Source of the DNA: Nitrososphaeraceae archaeon
Lineage (GTDB): Archaea; Thermoproteota; Nitrososphaeria; Nitrososphaerales; Nitrososphaeraceae
Assembly: GCA_035250975.1 (NCBI GenBank)
Contig: DATFEP010000056.1
Coordinates: 1 to 39,756 of the forward strand
Direction: 5' to 3'
Length of the DNA: 39,756 nucleotides
The position numbers and the translations under genes are program-made. Positions 8,763 to 18,494 of the stretch are shown here, piece by piece. The number at the start of each line of letters is the position of its first letter. Positions within the stretch are counted from its first letter, which is position 1. The notes under the pieces were generated by a model. The model had not been told where the DNA came from, ran no database searches, and was given only the letters and a program-made list of their open reading frames with translations.

Positions 8763-11700
8763 GTGTTTATGGTACTTGACGCACATTTCAATGCTAAACT
8801 CATTGAAAGAAAAATTAGGGATCACATGGAACTAATACAATTTAATAAATTTATAAAAAGTGAGATAGAAAATCGAGATAATCAAAAAGTTCTGGGTTAT
8901 GTAGACGGACCTCCTACAATGAATGGTGAACCCCATGTAGGACATTTACGCGGAAGAATAATCAAAGACCTTTGGTTTAGGTTTAATGTATTAAAACAAA
9001 ATAAAGTCGTTTTTAGACCAGGATGGGATACTCAAGGTTTACCGGTAGAACTTCAGGTTGAAAAAGAATTGGGTTTAACAGGAAATAAGAGTGATAATAT
9101 TGATAGAGTTGGCATAGAGAAAATAGTACAATCATGTAAATCTTTAGTCAAGAAATATAATGAAAAATGGGTACATGTTGATAAACTTCTCGGTATGTCA
9201 TTTGATTATGAAAGAGGATATTGGACCTATTATGATCAATATATGGAAAGGGAATGGTCATATTTGAAAAAAGCTTGGGATAACGGAATTTTGCAAGAAG
9301 GGTTTAGAGTAGTTGCATTTTGCCCATCATGTCAGACTTCTCTAAGTAACTCTGAAGTCAATCAGGGATACGACACTGTTGAAGATCCATCTTTTTACTA
9401 CAAGGTAAAACTGGTTGAGGATGATTCATATCTTATTGTGTGGACTACCATGCCTTTTACTTTAATAACAGATGAGCTAACTGCAGTTAATCCTGATGCT
9501 AATTATGTCTACGTTAAAGTAAATAATGAAGTTTGGATAATCGGTGAAACAAGATTAGACGATTTAATGAAGGAACTACAAATTGATAAATATGAAACTA
9601 TCAAAATTTCACAAGGTAAAAATCTTGATGGAAAATATTACATCCATCCATTACTGGACCTTATTCCTGGACTAAAAGATCTCTCTAATTCCAGATCTAT
9701 TCACTTTGTCGTATCTGAAGATTTTGTAGATGTCACTACTGGTAGCGGTATAGTTCATCTATCACCTGCTAACGGGGAAGATGATTTCAACATTGCTAAA
9801 AAGAGAAATGTTCCAATATTTGTTCCGATTGATGATAGAGTATTCTTTACAGAAGCTGCAGGTGAGTTCAAGGATCTGTTTGTTCGGGATGCGGATCAAA
9901 AAATCATAGATATTATGAATGAATTAGGAGCTGCTGTGAAAATAGGTAGAATAAAACATCAATATCCAACATGTTGGAGATCACATCATAAACTTGTATG
10001 GCTAGCAAGGAGAGAATATTTTTATATGATTGATAAATTGGGAGATAAACCTTTAGAAGCAGCAACCAACGTAGAGTATTTTTTTGATGCACCAAAGAAT
10101 AGATTTCTAGAAATAATCAAAGAAAAGGTTCCTTGGTGTATTTCAAGAGAACGTATTTGGGGAACCCCTCTTCCAATCTGGACCTGTGAAAACTGTGGAG
10201 CAAAAGAACTGTTATCAACTAAAAAAGAACTAGTGGATAGGTCGCAGAATCTTTTATTCATGGACAATGAGAACATAATAATCAAGTTTAAGAAGCAAAA
10301 TAAAGAAGAGGATATTAATACAGCTAATAGTCGGGACCTTTCAGTGATTGACAAGTATTATTTCGAATTGCATAGGCCTTGGATTGATAGAGTTGAAATA
10401 AATTGTCTTAAATGTAATTCGAGAATGGTTAGAGAACCTTTTGTGCTTGACACTTGGCACAATAGTGGGTCAGCCCCATTTGCATCCTTTAGTGATACAG
10501 AGTATAACAATTTGATACCTGCAGTATTTTTGACTGAGGGAATAGATCAAACTAGAGGATGGTCGTACTCACTGTTAATGCAAAATGTTATCCTGAATAA
10601 TGCTTCTAGGGCACCATTCCAATCTTTTCTCTTTCAAGGCCATATCCTAGATGAAAAAGGAAACAAAATGAGTAAAAGTGCGGGAAATGTTATTGAAGCA
10701 GATTTCTTATTAGATCAAAATCCAGTTGATCTAATCAGATTCTATTTTATCTGGAAGTCATCTCCAATTGAAGCATTAAATTTCAGCCTTAAAGAAATGG
10801 CTTCAAGACCATATCAGGTTTTAAGTACATTATATTATTTACATGTATATTTAAAACAAAATAGTATATTGGATAATTTCGATAGAAAAAAGCATAATCT
10901 TGAATGGACCTTGCAAAATAATCTATTAGAACTACCAGAAAAATGGTTATTTTCCGTATTACAAAAGTTGATTTTGTATGTGAATAATTCCTTTGAAAAT
11001 TGTAGATTTCATGAGGGAACAAAAGCTATAGAAGAATTTATTATAAATGATATCAGCCAAACATATATCCCACTTACAAGAAATTATATCTGGAATGATA
11101 GCATCGAAGAAATCAATAGAAGATTAGCAATATTTGCAACATTGGACTATGTTCTTGAAAAGGTAGATGTAATTCTTCATCCTGTCTCACCTTTTCTAAC
11201 AGAATATTTGTATCTAAATTGCTTCACAAATATTCAAAAAGCAAGTATATTACTTTGTAAATGGCCCGAACCACTGAATGATCTGATAAACAAGGTTCTT
11301 GAAAATACTTTCGAAAAAATAAAGGAAATTATCTCTATATCAAATTCCGCAAGAATGAAAGCCAAACTTAAACGCCGTTGGCCTCTTTCTAATATTGTCA
11401 TATGTCAATTTCATGAAAAAAATGATTCCACAAATGAACGTATCACACTTGAACAGGAATTTTCAAAAAGCGAAATATCAGAAATCTTGAAAAGCCAACT
11501 TAATGTCGAGACTTTTAAAATAATAGAGATATCTGCAAATAATGAAATTGAAAAGATCCTTGGCTTATTAGAAGCGGGAATCCCAATTATTCCATCTGTT
11601 TCCCTAATTAAAAAAAATATAGCACCGCAAGTCAAATCTGATATTGGTAAGGTAATTGCGAAATTTGAAAAGCTGGATAAAATTGAAATTTTAAAGTCTC

Positions 11701-12131
11701 TACAAGATTCTGAAAGTTTTAAAATAATTTATGACGATCTTTCCTTATCTTCCATTGAAATTTTCAGTCAAGACTTGGAGACATCATTTACTCTCAAAGA
11801 TGGTTATGTTAATGCAGAAAAAGAAAATCTTATGATTTTTCTTTCTTCATTTCGAGATCCAGTTCTACTTGTCAAGGGTCTCTTGAGAGATCTGGCTAGA
11901 AATCTCCAACAGTTAAGAAAAGAGAAATCATATAATCCTACCGAGATCCTTTCTACTGCTTATGTTGCAAAGTTAGATAAGGACGAAATATCTTCTTTAT
12001 CACGATTTAAAGATGAGTTAACATATCTAGTTCGAGTCAAATCATTAATTTTATCTGAACAACAATTAGATAAAATAGAATATAAAAATATTGATATAGA
12101 TGGAAAGGAAGTAAGTATTTCAGTTATTTGA
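8763..12131 (+). CDS. ileS: Isoleucine--tRNA ligase
   Basis: DGPP, HVGH (HIGH), GWDTQGLPVE, WTTMP, WCISRERIWGTP, EGIDQTRGW, KMSKS. In-frame ATG at 8769. Confidence 0.97.
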   Translation: MFMVLDAHFNAKLIERKIRDHMELIQFNKFIKSEIENRDNQKVLGYVDGPPTMNGEPHVGHLRGRIIKDLWFRFNVLKQNKVVFRPGWDTQGLPVELQVEKELGLTGNKSDNIDRVGIEKIVQSCKSLVKKYNEKWVHVDKLLGMSFDYERGYWTYYDQYMEREWSYLKKAWDNGILQEGFRVVAFCPSCQTSLSNSEVNQGYDTVEDPSFYYKVKLVEDDSYLIVWTTMPFTLITDELTAVNPDANYVYVKVNNEVWIIGETRLDDLMKELQIDKYETIKISQGKNLDGKYYIHPLLDLIPGLKDLSNSRSIHFVVSEDFVDVTTGSGIVHLSPANGEDDFNIAKKRNVPIFVPIDDRVFFTEAAGEFKDLFVRDADQKIIDIMNELGAAVKIGRIKHQYPTCWRSHHKLVWLARREYFYMIDKLGDKPLEAATNVEYFFDAPKNRFLEIIKEKVPWCISRERIWGTPLPIWTCENCGAKELLSTKKELVDRSQNLLFMDNENIIIKFKKQNKEEDINTANSRDLSVIDKYYFELHRPWIDRVEINCLKCNSRMVREPFVLDTWHNSGSAPFASFSDTEYNNLIPAVFLTEGIDQTRGWSYSLLMQNVILNNASRAPFQSFLFQGHILDEKGNKMSKSAGNVIEADFLLDQNPVDLIRFYFIWKSSPIEALNFSLKEMASRPYQVLSTLYYLHVYLKQNSILDNFDRKKHNLEWTLQNNLLELPEKWLFSVLQKLILYVNNSFENCRFHEGTKAIEEFIINDISQTYIPLTRNYIWNDSIEEINRRLAIFATLDYVLEKVDVILHPVSPFLTEYLYLNCFTNIQKASILLCKWPEPLNDLINKVLENTFEKIKEIISISNSARMKAKLKRRWPLSNIVICQFHEKNDSTNERITLEQEFSKSEISEILKSQLNVETFKIIEISANNEIEKILGLLEAGIPIIPSVSLIKKNIAPQVKSDIGKVIAKFEKLDKIEILKSLQDSESFKIIYDDLSLSSIEIFSQDLETSFTLKDGYVNAEKENLMIFLSSFRDPVLLVKGLLRDLARNLQQLRKEKSYNPTEILSTAYVAKLDKDEISSLSRFKDELTYLVRVKSLILSEQQLDKIEYKNIDIDGKEVSISVI

Positions 12132-12205
12132 TAAAATAATTTTGTTTACAAACATACGCATTTGGATAATTCTTGTTTCCGATCTTTTACATGTTAAAGA
12201 TTGTA

Positions 12206-13075
12206 TTACCGACATCCTTTGATATATTCATTTGCAATTTTTACATAGTTATTATCTATTTCTGTACCAACAAAGTTTACTCCAATATCTATACATGCTA
12301 GTGCAGTAGAACCTATTCCCATAAATGGATCATAAACAATCATATTTTCTCTTATTCCATGTAATTTAATACATAAATATGGTAACTTTTTAGGAAATAT
12401 CGCTGGATGAGGTCTTCTTTCTTGAATTGTATTGTAAGGGATGAACCAATTATTACCTCTATCTCTCCTGTCACTAGTTGCTGATTTCCATCTTCCTATG
12501 TTTGTCTTGTCTTGATATGTTACACCGATTGCCAATTTGTCAATTGTCAGGTCTCCGGTCTTTGTGAAATGAAAAATATATTCATGTAGATCGCTTAAGA
12601 ATCTCTTGCTTATTATAGGTTTAAAGTGCCCTACGGAGGTATTTTCTTTTAATATATTATTTTTTCCAATGTCATTATCTTCAAATGAAATTGATTTGAT
12701 CCAATGAATAGTATTCTGTAGCTTGTATCCACCATCAATAAATCTTCTTGCGATATCATACGGCAATAATGGATCTTTTAACGTACTTCCAACATTTAAA
12801 AAGAAAGCTCCGTCTTCCTTTAATACGTATTTACTCTTTTCTGCAATTCTTTGTAACCAATCAAGGTAATCATTTTTTTCTCTCCTGTCATTATATTTTG
12901 TATAATATTTATTTATGTTATATGGTGGGGAAGTTACAATAACATCAAATTTAATTTTGTTTTCATCTATTAATTTCTGCATAAATTTTATACAATCGAC
13001 ATTGTAAATTCTGTTTGTTTTTATCACATCACTTCTTTTTACCTTAGTGGTATATTTTTTCTTGTTTTTTTTCAC
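12206..13075 (-). CDS. Site-specific DNA methyltransferase, beta-class N4-cytosine type, M.MjaV-like, orphan
   Basis: TSPPY (motif IV) precedes DPFMGIGST (motif I). LQNTIHWIKSI, VGHFKPI, DKLAIGVTYQDK, RDRGNNWFIPY and HPAIFP resemble M.MjaV as I recall it. Start uncertain (GTG 13075; ORF track 13144). Confidence 0.9.
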   Translation of the reverse strand: MKKNKKKYTTKVKRSDVIKTNRIYNVDCIKFMQKLIDENKIKFDVIVTSPPYNINKYYTKYNDRREKNDYLDWLQRIAEKSKYVLKEDGAFFLNVGSTLKDPLLPYDIARRFIDGGYKLQNTIHWIKSISFEDNDIGKNNILKENTSVGHFKPIISKRFLSDLHEYIFHFTKTGDLTIDKLAIGVTYQDKTNIGRWKSATSDRRDRGNNWFIPYNTIQERRPHPAIFPKKLPYLCIKLHGIRENMIVYDPFMGIGSTALACIDIGVNFVGTEIDNNYVKIANEYIKGCR

Positions 13076-13176
13076 ATGGTTATGATTTTTCAATATCAGA
13101 TAAATGTATATTTTTATTTTTTCGAATCTTGTACATTTTAGCAAGGTCTAATAATGGGTAGATGTTTTAAATATGA

Positions 13177-13518
13177 ATGCAAAAAAACCCAAAATCAAAA
13201 TTTCATTATCTTAAATACAATAATCTTGAAGATATGTTGAAAATAATGTTGGCCTCATCGCAATCTGCAATAGGGATAAATTCTTTACTTTATTTTATAA
13301 ATTATCATAATAAAAATATCATTTTTATATATAATAGTTCGATTGGAAGCAGTTTAATTCATTATACTGTTGTCATGGAAAAACCTGAGGACAAGTTTAT
13401 CCAGCTCAATAAGACAAGTGGAAAATATGAATTTGTAGAAGATCTTGGAACAGAATCGCATTCTATCTATATTCCTGTTTTGGATCTAGAAACCACAACC
13501 CTAGAATTTCCAATTTAA
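13177..13518 (+). CDS. Conserved hypothetical archaeal protein
   Basis: 113-aa ORF with ATG start, divergent from the MTase; no recognisable catalytic motif. Confidence 0.7.
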   Translation: MQKNPKSKFHYLKYNNLEDMLKIMLASSQSAIGINSLLYFINYHNKNIIFIYNSSIGSSLIHYTVVMEKPEDKFIQLNKTSGKYEFVEDLGTESHSIYIPVLDLETTTLEFPI

Positions 13519-13727
13519 TTTAATCACAAAATGTTTCATTTTTAGTAATCGATTTATAAATTTATTTATAAAAATTAGGAATGCATTTAGTAAAAAAATA
13601 TATATTTTTAGACATATATTTTGTATAATCCTATCAAATCTAAATGTATATCGATCTATCAGTTAAATTGTTGGATTCAATGAATCGGTGATAATATAAT
13701 TTTATAAATACGTGAGTATTATAGCAT

Positions 13728-14516
13728 ATGCTGATCATGACATATTCAAATTATATTGAATCGCTATCGAGCTACAAGAAACAGGATCTTACTTTAGACC
13801 AGCGTGCTTTTCTTTTAAAAGTTGTAAGCGGACATGATCAATCTTTCAAACTTAAATCATATCTAAAACTACGTAATCCACCATCAGATGCAAAGGACCC
13901 TACATCTATTATATCACAGTATCTCGAAGATATTGGGTTTCTAGAAATTAGCAGGGGAAAATTCTTGAGCAGTTCCAAAACCTTTCGATTTAGAACAAAT
14001 GGTTTATTCTATATCTTTCTAAATATTTCTATATATCCTCCACAATTCTTAATCAAATATCAAGATGATATTATTTTACAAACTCTCGTTTATCAATTCT
14101 TTCAAGAAAAAACTATAAAAATGTCGACAGGTAGATTTTATTCTCAGTTAACTACGTATATACAGGAATGTTGCAATCTCACTCTTAATGCAATCGATGA
14201 TGTTAATTCATCAAACAAAGAAGATGATAAAATAAGAATTATTGACCGATTGAAGTTTGATTTAGAATGGCTTATCAGGAGACTTGCTTTCAAATTAATA
14301 ATAATGTATAATGAAACTAATTTATTGGCAATTAATACCGGGTTTAAAGATGATGTTAGAGTTACATTATATGAACTGGAAGCAAAGATGAAAGGAATTT
14401 TATCTCGTGATTTAAAATTTATAGATTTAATTGAAAATTTGAATAAAGATTTTTCTGACGGATACCAAGAAATGATATCATTGTATAAAGAAAATTTGGA
14501 CTCTCAAAAAAAATAA
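13728..14516 (+). CDS. Hypothetical protein (possible N-terminal winged helix)
   Basis: 262-aa ORF; TATA-like TTTATAAA about 25 nt upstream; no clear family. Confidence 0.7.
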   Translation: MLIMTYSNYIESLSSYKKQDLTLDQRAFLLKVVSGHDQSFKLKSYLKLRNPPSDAKDPTSIISQYLEDIGFLEISRGKFLSSSKTFRFRTNGLFYIFLNISIYPPQFLIKYQDDIILQTLVYQFFQEKTIKMSTGRFYSQLTTYIQECCNLTLNAIDDVNSSNKEDDKIRIIDRLKFDLEWLIRRLAFKLIIMYNETNLLAINTGFKDDVRVTLYELEAKMKGILSRDLKFIDLIENLNKDFSDGYQEMISLYKENLDSQKK

Positions 14517-14959
14517 AATAAGTATATAACTTTTTGAGATAACTTCTACAGGTTCGATTGTTAAGAAATCTCGCTCCTTCATGCTATTTGAAATAATCCA
14601 TTCAAGATTGTACACATTTTTTTATCGCAACCTATCTTTTTTACATGTTAAATTATTTGATAAAATCTTTTGAGTTATCCTTTTAATTTTCATTATTCGT
14701 AAATATAAAAAGTTTAAACTAGAATCAAATATTATCATATGTTGATCTAGCAAATACTGTACCTGTCATTTTACTTGAATTACGATAAGATAAAATAAAT
14801 CAGAAAAACTGAAATATATTTTTTGAAATTTAGCCACCTAAAATTTCATATAATTCATATGAACTAACCAGATTTCATATTCTTTGATAAATTAAAATTT
14901 ATTTTGTATTATAAATTAGATTTAAAATTCTTAAAGCGCTGATGTTATATGAATAAAAA

Positions 14960-15418
14960 TTATAATTTAAACTTATTGTTCTTTCTTTCCTTATAAGAGT
15001 AAATAAAAGTCAATAACAACATGGCAAATAATACCATTCCAGTAGCCAGATGTCCCGCAACGAGGATGGCGTGTAGCTTTGAATTTACTACAATCATTCC
15101 CATAAGAATCTGTACCAACACAATTAGTGCTGCAATTACTGCTGTTTTTCTAACTGATCTAGCTTTCTTAACTGAATATAGTGCTGTCGCAATGATAAAT
15201 CCACTCGTTATTAAAACCAGCATCCTGTGAAAATGCTCAAAGAAATATTTTGAAGATGGAAAATCAAAACCATTTGGACATAAAGGCCAATCGGGACATG
15301 AAAGGCCTTGATGAGATGAAGTGATATAAACTCCAATTAACATGATAGAATAAGTTAATGATAAAGAGATAAACGATAACCATACCATTTTTCTTGGTAA
15401 TTCTCTTTTCTCTTGCAT
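14960..15418 (-). CDS. ctaA: Heme A synthase, half-size COX15/CtaA family (copy 2)
   Basis: GLSCPDWPLC, EHFHR and VAGHL motifs; about 4 TM helices; clear paralogue of 289-789. Confidence 0.88.
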   Translation of the reverse strand: MQEKRELPRKMVWLSFISLSLTYSIMLIGVYITSSHQGLSCPDWPLCPNGFDFPSSKYFFEHFHRMLVLITSGFIIATALYSVKKARSVRKTAVIAALIVLVQILMGMIVVNSKLHAILVAGHLATGMVLFAMLLLTFIYSYKERKNNKFKL

Positions 15419-15781
15419 TATTCAACAAGTATACTTTTATGATAATAATAATTTTCTTACTATTATCTTTAAAATCCTCATTATTCTAGTAATACTGTAT
15501 ATCTTTGAAATATCATGAGTATTATTATATCTTGATATTGATAAAAATAATATTTCTATCTGATCTTTAATCCATTATCAGTATTAATTGTTTTAAAAAT
15601 CATTTTTTTGTTTATCCTGAATTAGACAGCAACAATATGTTTTCAAATTAATCTATCAATAGCAACCCTATTATTATATTGATATGATAAATTCACGTGT
15701 CTCTTAAAAGAGTACGTAAATAATATAGAGTAATAGATCCGATCTTATCTGATTTCTTCGATTTCCAATCATGGTTTATTA

Positions 15782-16231
15782 GTGGATAAATGTATTCATT
15801 ACATATTGATTAATTCAACATTCCAAAGTTTAATACACGATATTCTTCAACAAAACGATATTATTTTTTCTGTAAAGAATATGGGTGGTATTTGTGAGGC
15901 AAGGTTACAAAAAGATATGAAATTTAAGATTAATGGTCAATGGGCAACGATAGGAGACGAGACAACCCCTTGGCATATCCATCTGAATATTACCCAAGTC
16001 AGAGAAGCAAGATTTGTTAGAGAGTTCAATGAATCTCATAATCGTCAAAGTTACAGTATTCGTTTTTTTGATATCTGCGGAAATTTGGTAATGCGGGCAA
16101 ATTTTTCTAAACTCTATGATACAAATGGAAATTTGATTCAAGAGAAAGTATCAAATTTTGAATCAATCTTTGAAAAATATGGTGAACAGGAATCATTGTC
16201 TCTTCAGAATATACCCACACCTTCTTCGTAG
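15782..16231 (+). CDS. HutX/ChuX/HemS-like heme-binding or trafficking domain protein
   Basis: SVKNMGGICE...WHIHLN...ARFV...SYSIRFFD..G pattern matches the HemS/ChuX split-barrel signature. Confidence 0.65.
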   Translation: MDKCIHYILINSTFQSLIHDILQQNDIIFSVKNMGGICEARLQKDMKFKINGQWATIGDETTPWHIHLNITQVREARFVREFNESHNRQSYSIRFFDICGNLVMRANFSKLYDTNGNLIQEKVSNFESIFEKYGEQESLSLQNIPTPSS

Positions 16232-16314
16232 CTTTAAAGTGTTGTTTGACTAGTATTCTATTTGGATAAATAATAAATAGTAAATAAGAAATATAGAATT
16301 TTTCTATCCTTTTC

Positions 16315-17043
16315 TCAGAATGTGGTTATTCTTTGGTTCAGATGAGGCTTGAATTTTTCCCATAGACTGCCAAATATTATTCCAAGAAGCAACCAAAATA
16401 CGCTCATGCTAAATCCACTTGCTATTCTAAATCCCTGCACTAAATCGATAGGTGCAGTAATTTCATCAGGATTTTGTGGCAGGATAATGAAGGCTGCAAT
16501 CATTACAATCCCGTATACCGCTGAGATGAGAGCAAATTTCTTTACTGGATTTCCGTCCATTTTTTTATATATCACTGCAAGTGCAAGTGCAGTGATCCCA
16601 GAAATAGCCGTGAAAATAATGTACATATTCTGTCTTTCATAGATCGTTTCAGGGTCTCCTACTGTAGGGGGATTTGCTGGATATTTGAGTGCAGGAATAA
16701 CGAAAATTACCAGCCATAAAATCCCTGCAAGAACCACTGCTTTTCTCCGATTATTTGAACCTGGAAGAATGTTTCTTCCAAAAATGAATGTAATACCAAA
16801 AAGGGCTCCAAATGATAAACCTAAAATAGTGCCTCCTGTAATTTGACCGACTTTCTGCCATATTCGATAGCTTTGTAATTCATTCTGATCTATTGTTTCC
16901 CCATCTTTTATTGCATTTTGAACTTCAATTCCTATTGCATTATCCAAAAAAGGTTCAACAATACCAAGGTTAATAACGCCAAAAATTGTTCCAGCTATTG
17001 CTCCAGAAAAAACCGAAATAAAAATAAAAGTGAACGATTTCAA
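16315..17043 (-). CDS. cbtA: CbtA-family probable cobalt transporter subunit
   Basis: Multi-TM; VEPFLDNAIGIE, PALKYPANPPTVGDPETIYERQ, FRIAS...FW; directly downstream of cbtB. Confidence 0.9.
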   Translation of the reverse strand: MKSFTFIFISVFSGAIAGTIFGVINLGIVEPFLDNAIGIEVQNAIKDGETIDQNELQSYRIWQKVGQITGGTILGLSFGALFGITFIFGRNILPGSNNRRKAVVLAGILWLVIFVIPALKYPANPPTVGDPETIYERQNMYIIFTAISGITALALAVIYKKMDGNPVKKFALISAVYGIVMIAAFIILPQNPDEITAPIDLVQGFRIASGFSMSVFWLLLGIIFGSLWEKFKPHLNQRITTF

Positions 17044-17061
17044 TATTTATTACCTAAAAAA

Positions 17062-17277
17062 TTAGTGACAGGGAAATCCTGCAGCATGTCTCATGTCATG
17101 AAATAATTCATGAACAAAAAGATCCTCAAATGCTTTTTCTCCTTCAACCATGCTAAATAATTGTCCTTGGTCATATCCGACCATAAATAAACCAAATAAT
17201 AATACCACCGAAAGAATTCCTATAGCTAATTTGGGAATTTTATCGTCGCGGATCTGAATCTGTCTCGATAATGTCAT
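17062..17277 (-). CDS. cbtB: CbtB-family probable cobalt transporter subunit
   Basis: One TM helix and C-terminal HELFHDMRHAAGFPCH signature. Confidence 0.92.
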   Translation of the reverse strand: MTLSRQIQIRDDKIPKLAIGILSVVLLFGLFMVGYDQGQLFSMVEGEKAFEDLFVHELFHDMRHAAGFPCH

Positions 17278-17302
17278 TAGTGATGAAGATACTAGCAGGT
17301 AG

Positions 17303-17310
17303 TATATAAA
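17303..17310 (-). promoter_or_regulatory. TATA box of cbtBA (probably leaderless transcript)
   Basis: TTTATATA on the minus strand, 26-33 nt upstream of the cbtB ATG. Confidence 0.6.
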
Positions 17311-17533
17311 GTGTTGTCTAGTTTATCCAACCGAGTAATATCTTTGATTTATAGATTAAAAATACATCATCAGATCATTTTGTGATGATATTCTAGATCG
17401 CATTATCTATTAAATATTTTGTATTTTATTTAAGCTCCATACTATTAAAATATATCTAATTTTTGTATACAATTCGGATACTTAATTTATGAATTTTAAA
17501 TAAAATATTGATACAAATAAATAAATTTGATTA

Positions 17534-18199
17534 TTGATCTTAGATATTCATGAAATAATTATGCAAAACCCTATCAAACTATTACGTAGAATTTCCAGTA
17601 AATATGCACCTAGCAGGAACCTATCTTTTGGGATTGTCCATATTTTTAAAACCTTACAATTAGCTAGTGTACATGGACATATCAGCAGATCATTTTTGTG
17701 TAAAGAATTAAGTATTGGAGAAGGATCAGTTAAGACACTTGTAAAACATTTAAAAATGAATGATATGATAATTACCAGTAAATCAGGAACAATTCTAACA
17801 AATAAGGGAAAAGTTATTCTCCGTGACCTTCTAACTCTAATCCCATCAGAAACTATAATTCCAAAAAGTTCCATCACTTTGGGAAAATTCAATTATTGCG
17901 TATTGTTAAAAAATTCTGCTAGGCTGATCGGATCAGGATTGGAACAGCGTGATGAAGCGATAAAATTGGGTGCTACGGGTGCTACAACTCTTATCTTTTC
18001 TAATGGTAAGTTTCTTATTCCTGAAACGGAGTATGATGCATTAGATAGAGAAGATATTATAAGGGATTTATTAATTGAAAAATTAAAACCGAAAGACAAT
18101 GATGTTATTATTATTGGAAGTGATGATAATAGCAAAATTACGGCCGAACTTGCTACTAAAGGAGCTGCCTTGTTTACTATGATGTCTCTTGATCACTAA
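17534..18199 (+). CDS. DUF4443 (PH0730-like) winged-helix protein, probable regulator
   Basis: ISRSFLCKELSIGEGSVKTLVKHLK (HTH), GTILTNKG wing, GLEQRDEAIKLGATGATTL C-terminal domain. Alternative ATG at 17561. Confidence 0.75.
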   Translation: MILDIHEIIMQNPIKLLRRISSKYAPSRNLSFGIVHIFKTLQLASVHGHISRSFLCKELSIGEGSVKTLVKHLKMNDMIITSKSGTILTNKGKVILRDLLTLIPSETIIPKSSITLGKFNYCVLLKNSARLIGSGLEQRDEAIKLGATGATTLIFSNGKFLIPETEYDALDREDIIRDLLIEKLKPKDNDVIIIGSDDNSKITAELATKGAALFTMMSLDH

Positions 18200-18494
18200 A
18201 GCACATTAGTTCAAGAATTAATTTTGGATATTTTTTCGAATTATGTTGTTTATATATGATAGGCACAATTGCACTGATTAATTGCTAAAAAGAGAAAAAA
18301 ATCTTATCACTTTTCTATAACATCATTATTAATATGGTAATATAAAGATTTCTTCTATCACGAAAATACATACTATATTTATTAATATGATTTCCTATTT
18401 TGGTACAGTATAATTATAATCTATTTATTGGTTATAATTATTTCAGAGTAGGGTGAAACGATTTCTTGATATAGTTGATATTTAATTTCATACA

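Noticed and set aside
13177-14516. Restriction endonuclease partner of the MTase
   Set aside because: Neither ORF shows a PD-(D/E)xK, HNH or GIY-YIG motif that I can recognise.
14517-14959. Pseudogene remnant in the 443-nt spacer
   Set aside because: Only short open stretches with no recognisable similarity.
15695-15717. Imperfect palindrome ACGT..CTCTT-AA-AAGAG.ACGT upstream of the HutX-like gene
   Set aside because: Short and asymmetric; not distinguishable from chance without comparative data.
17278-17533. Cobalamin riboswitch upstream of cbtB
   Set aside because: Spacer is very AT-rich, lacks the B12 box, and the TATA position implies little or no leader.
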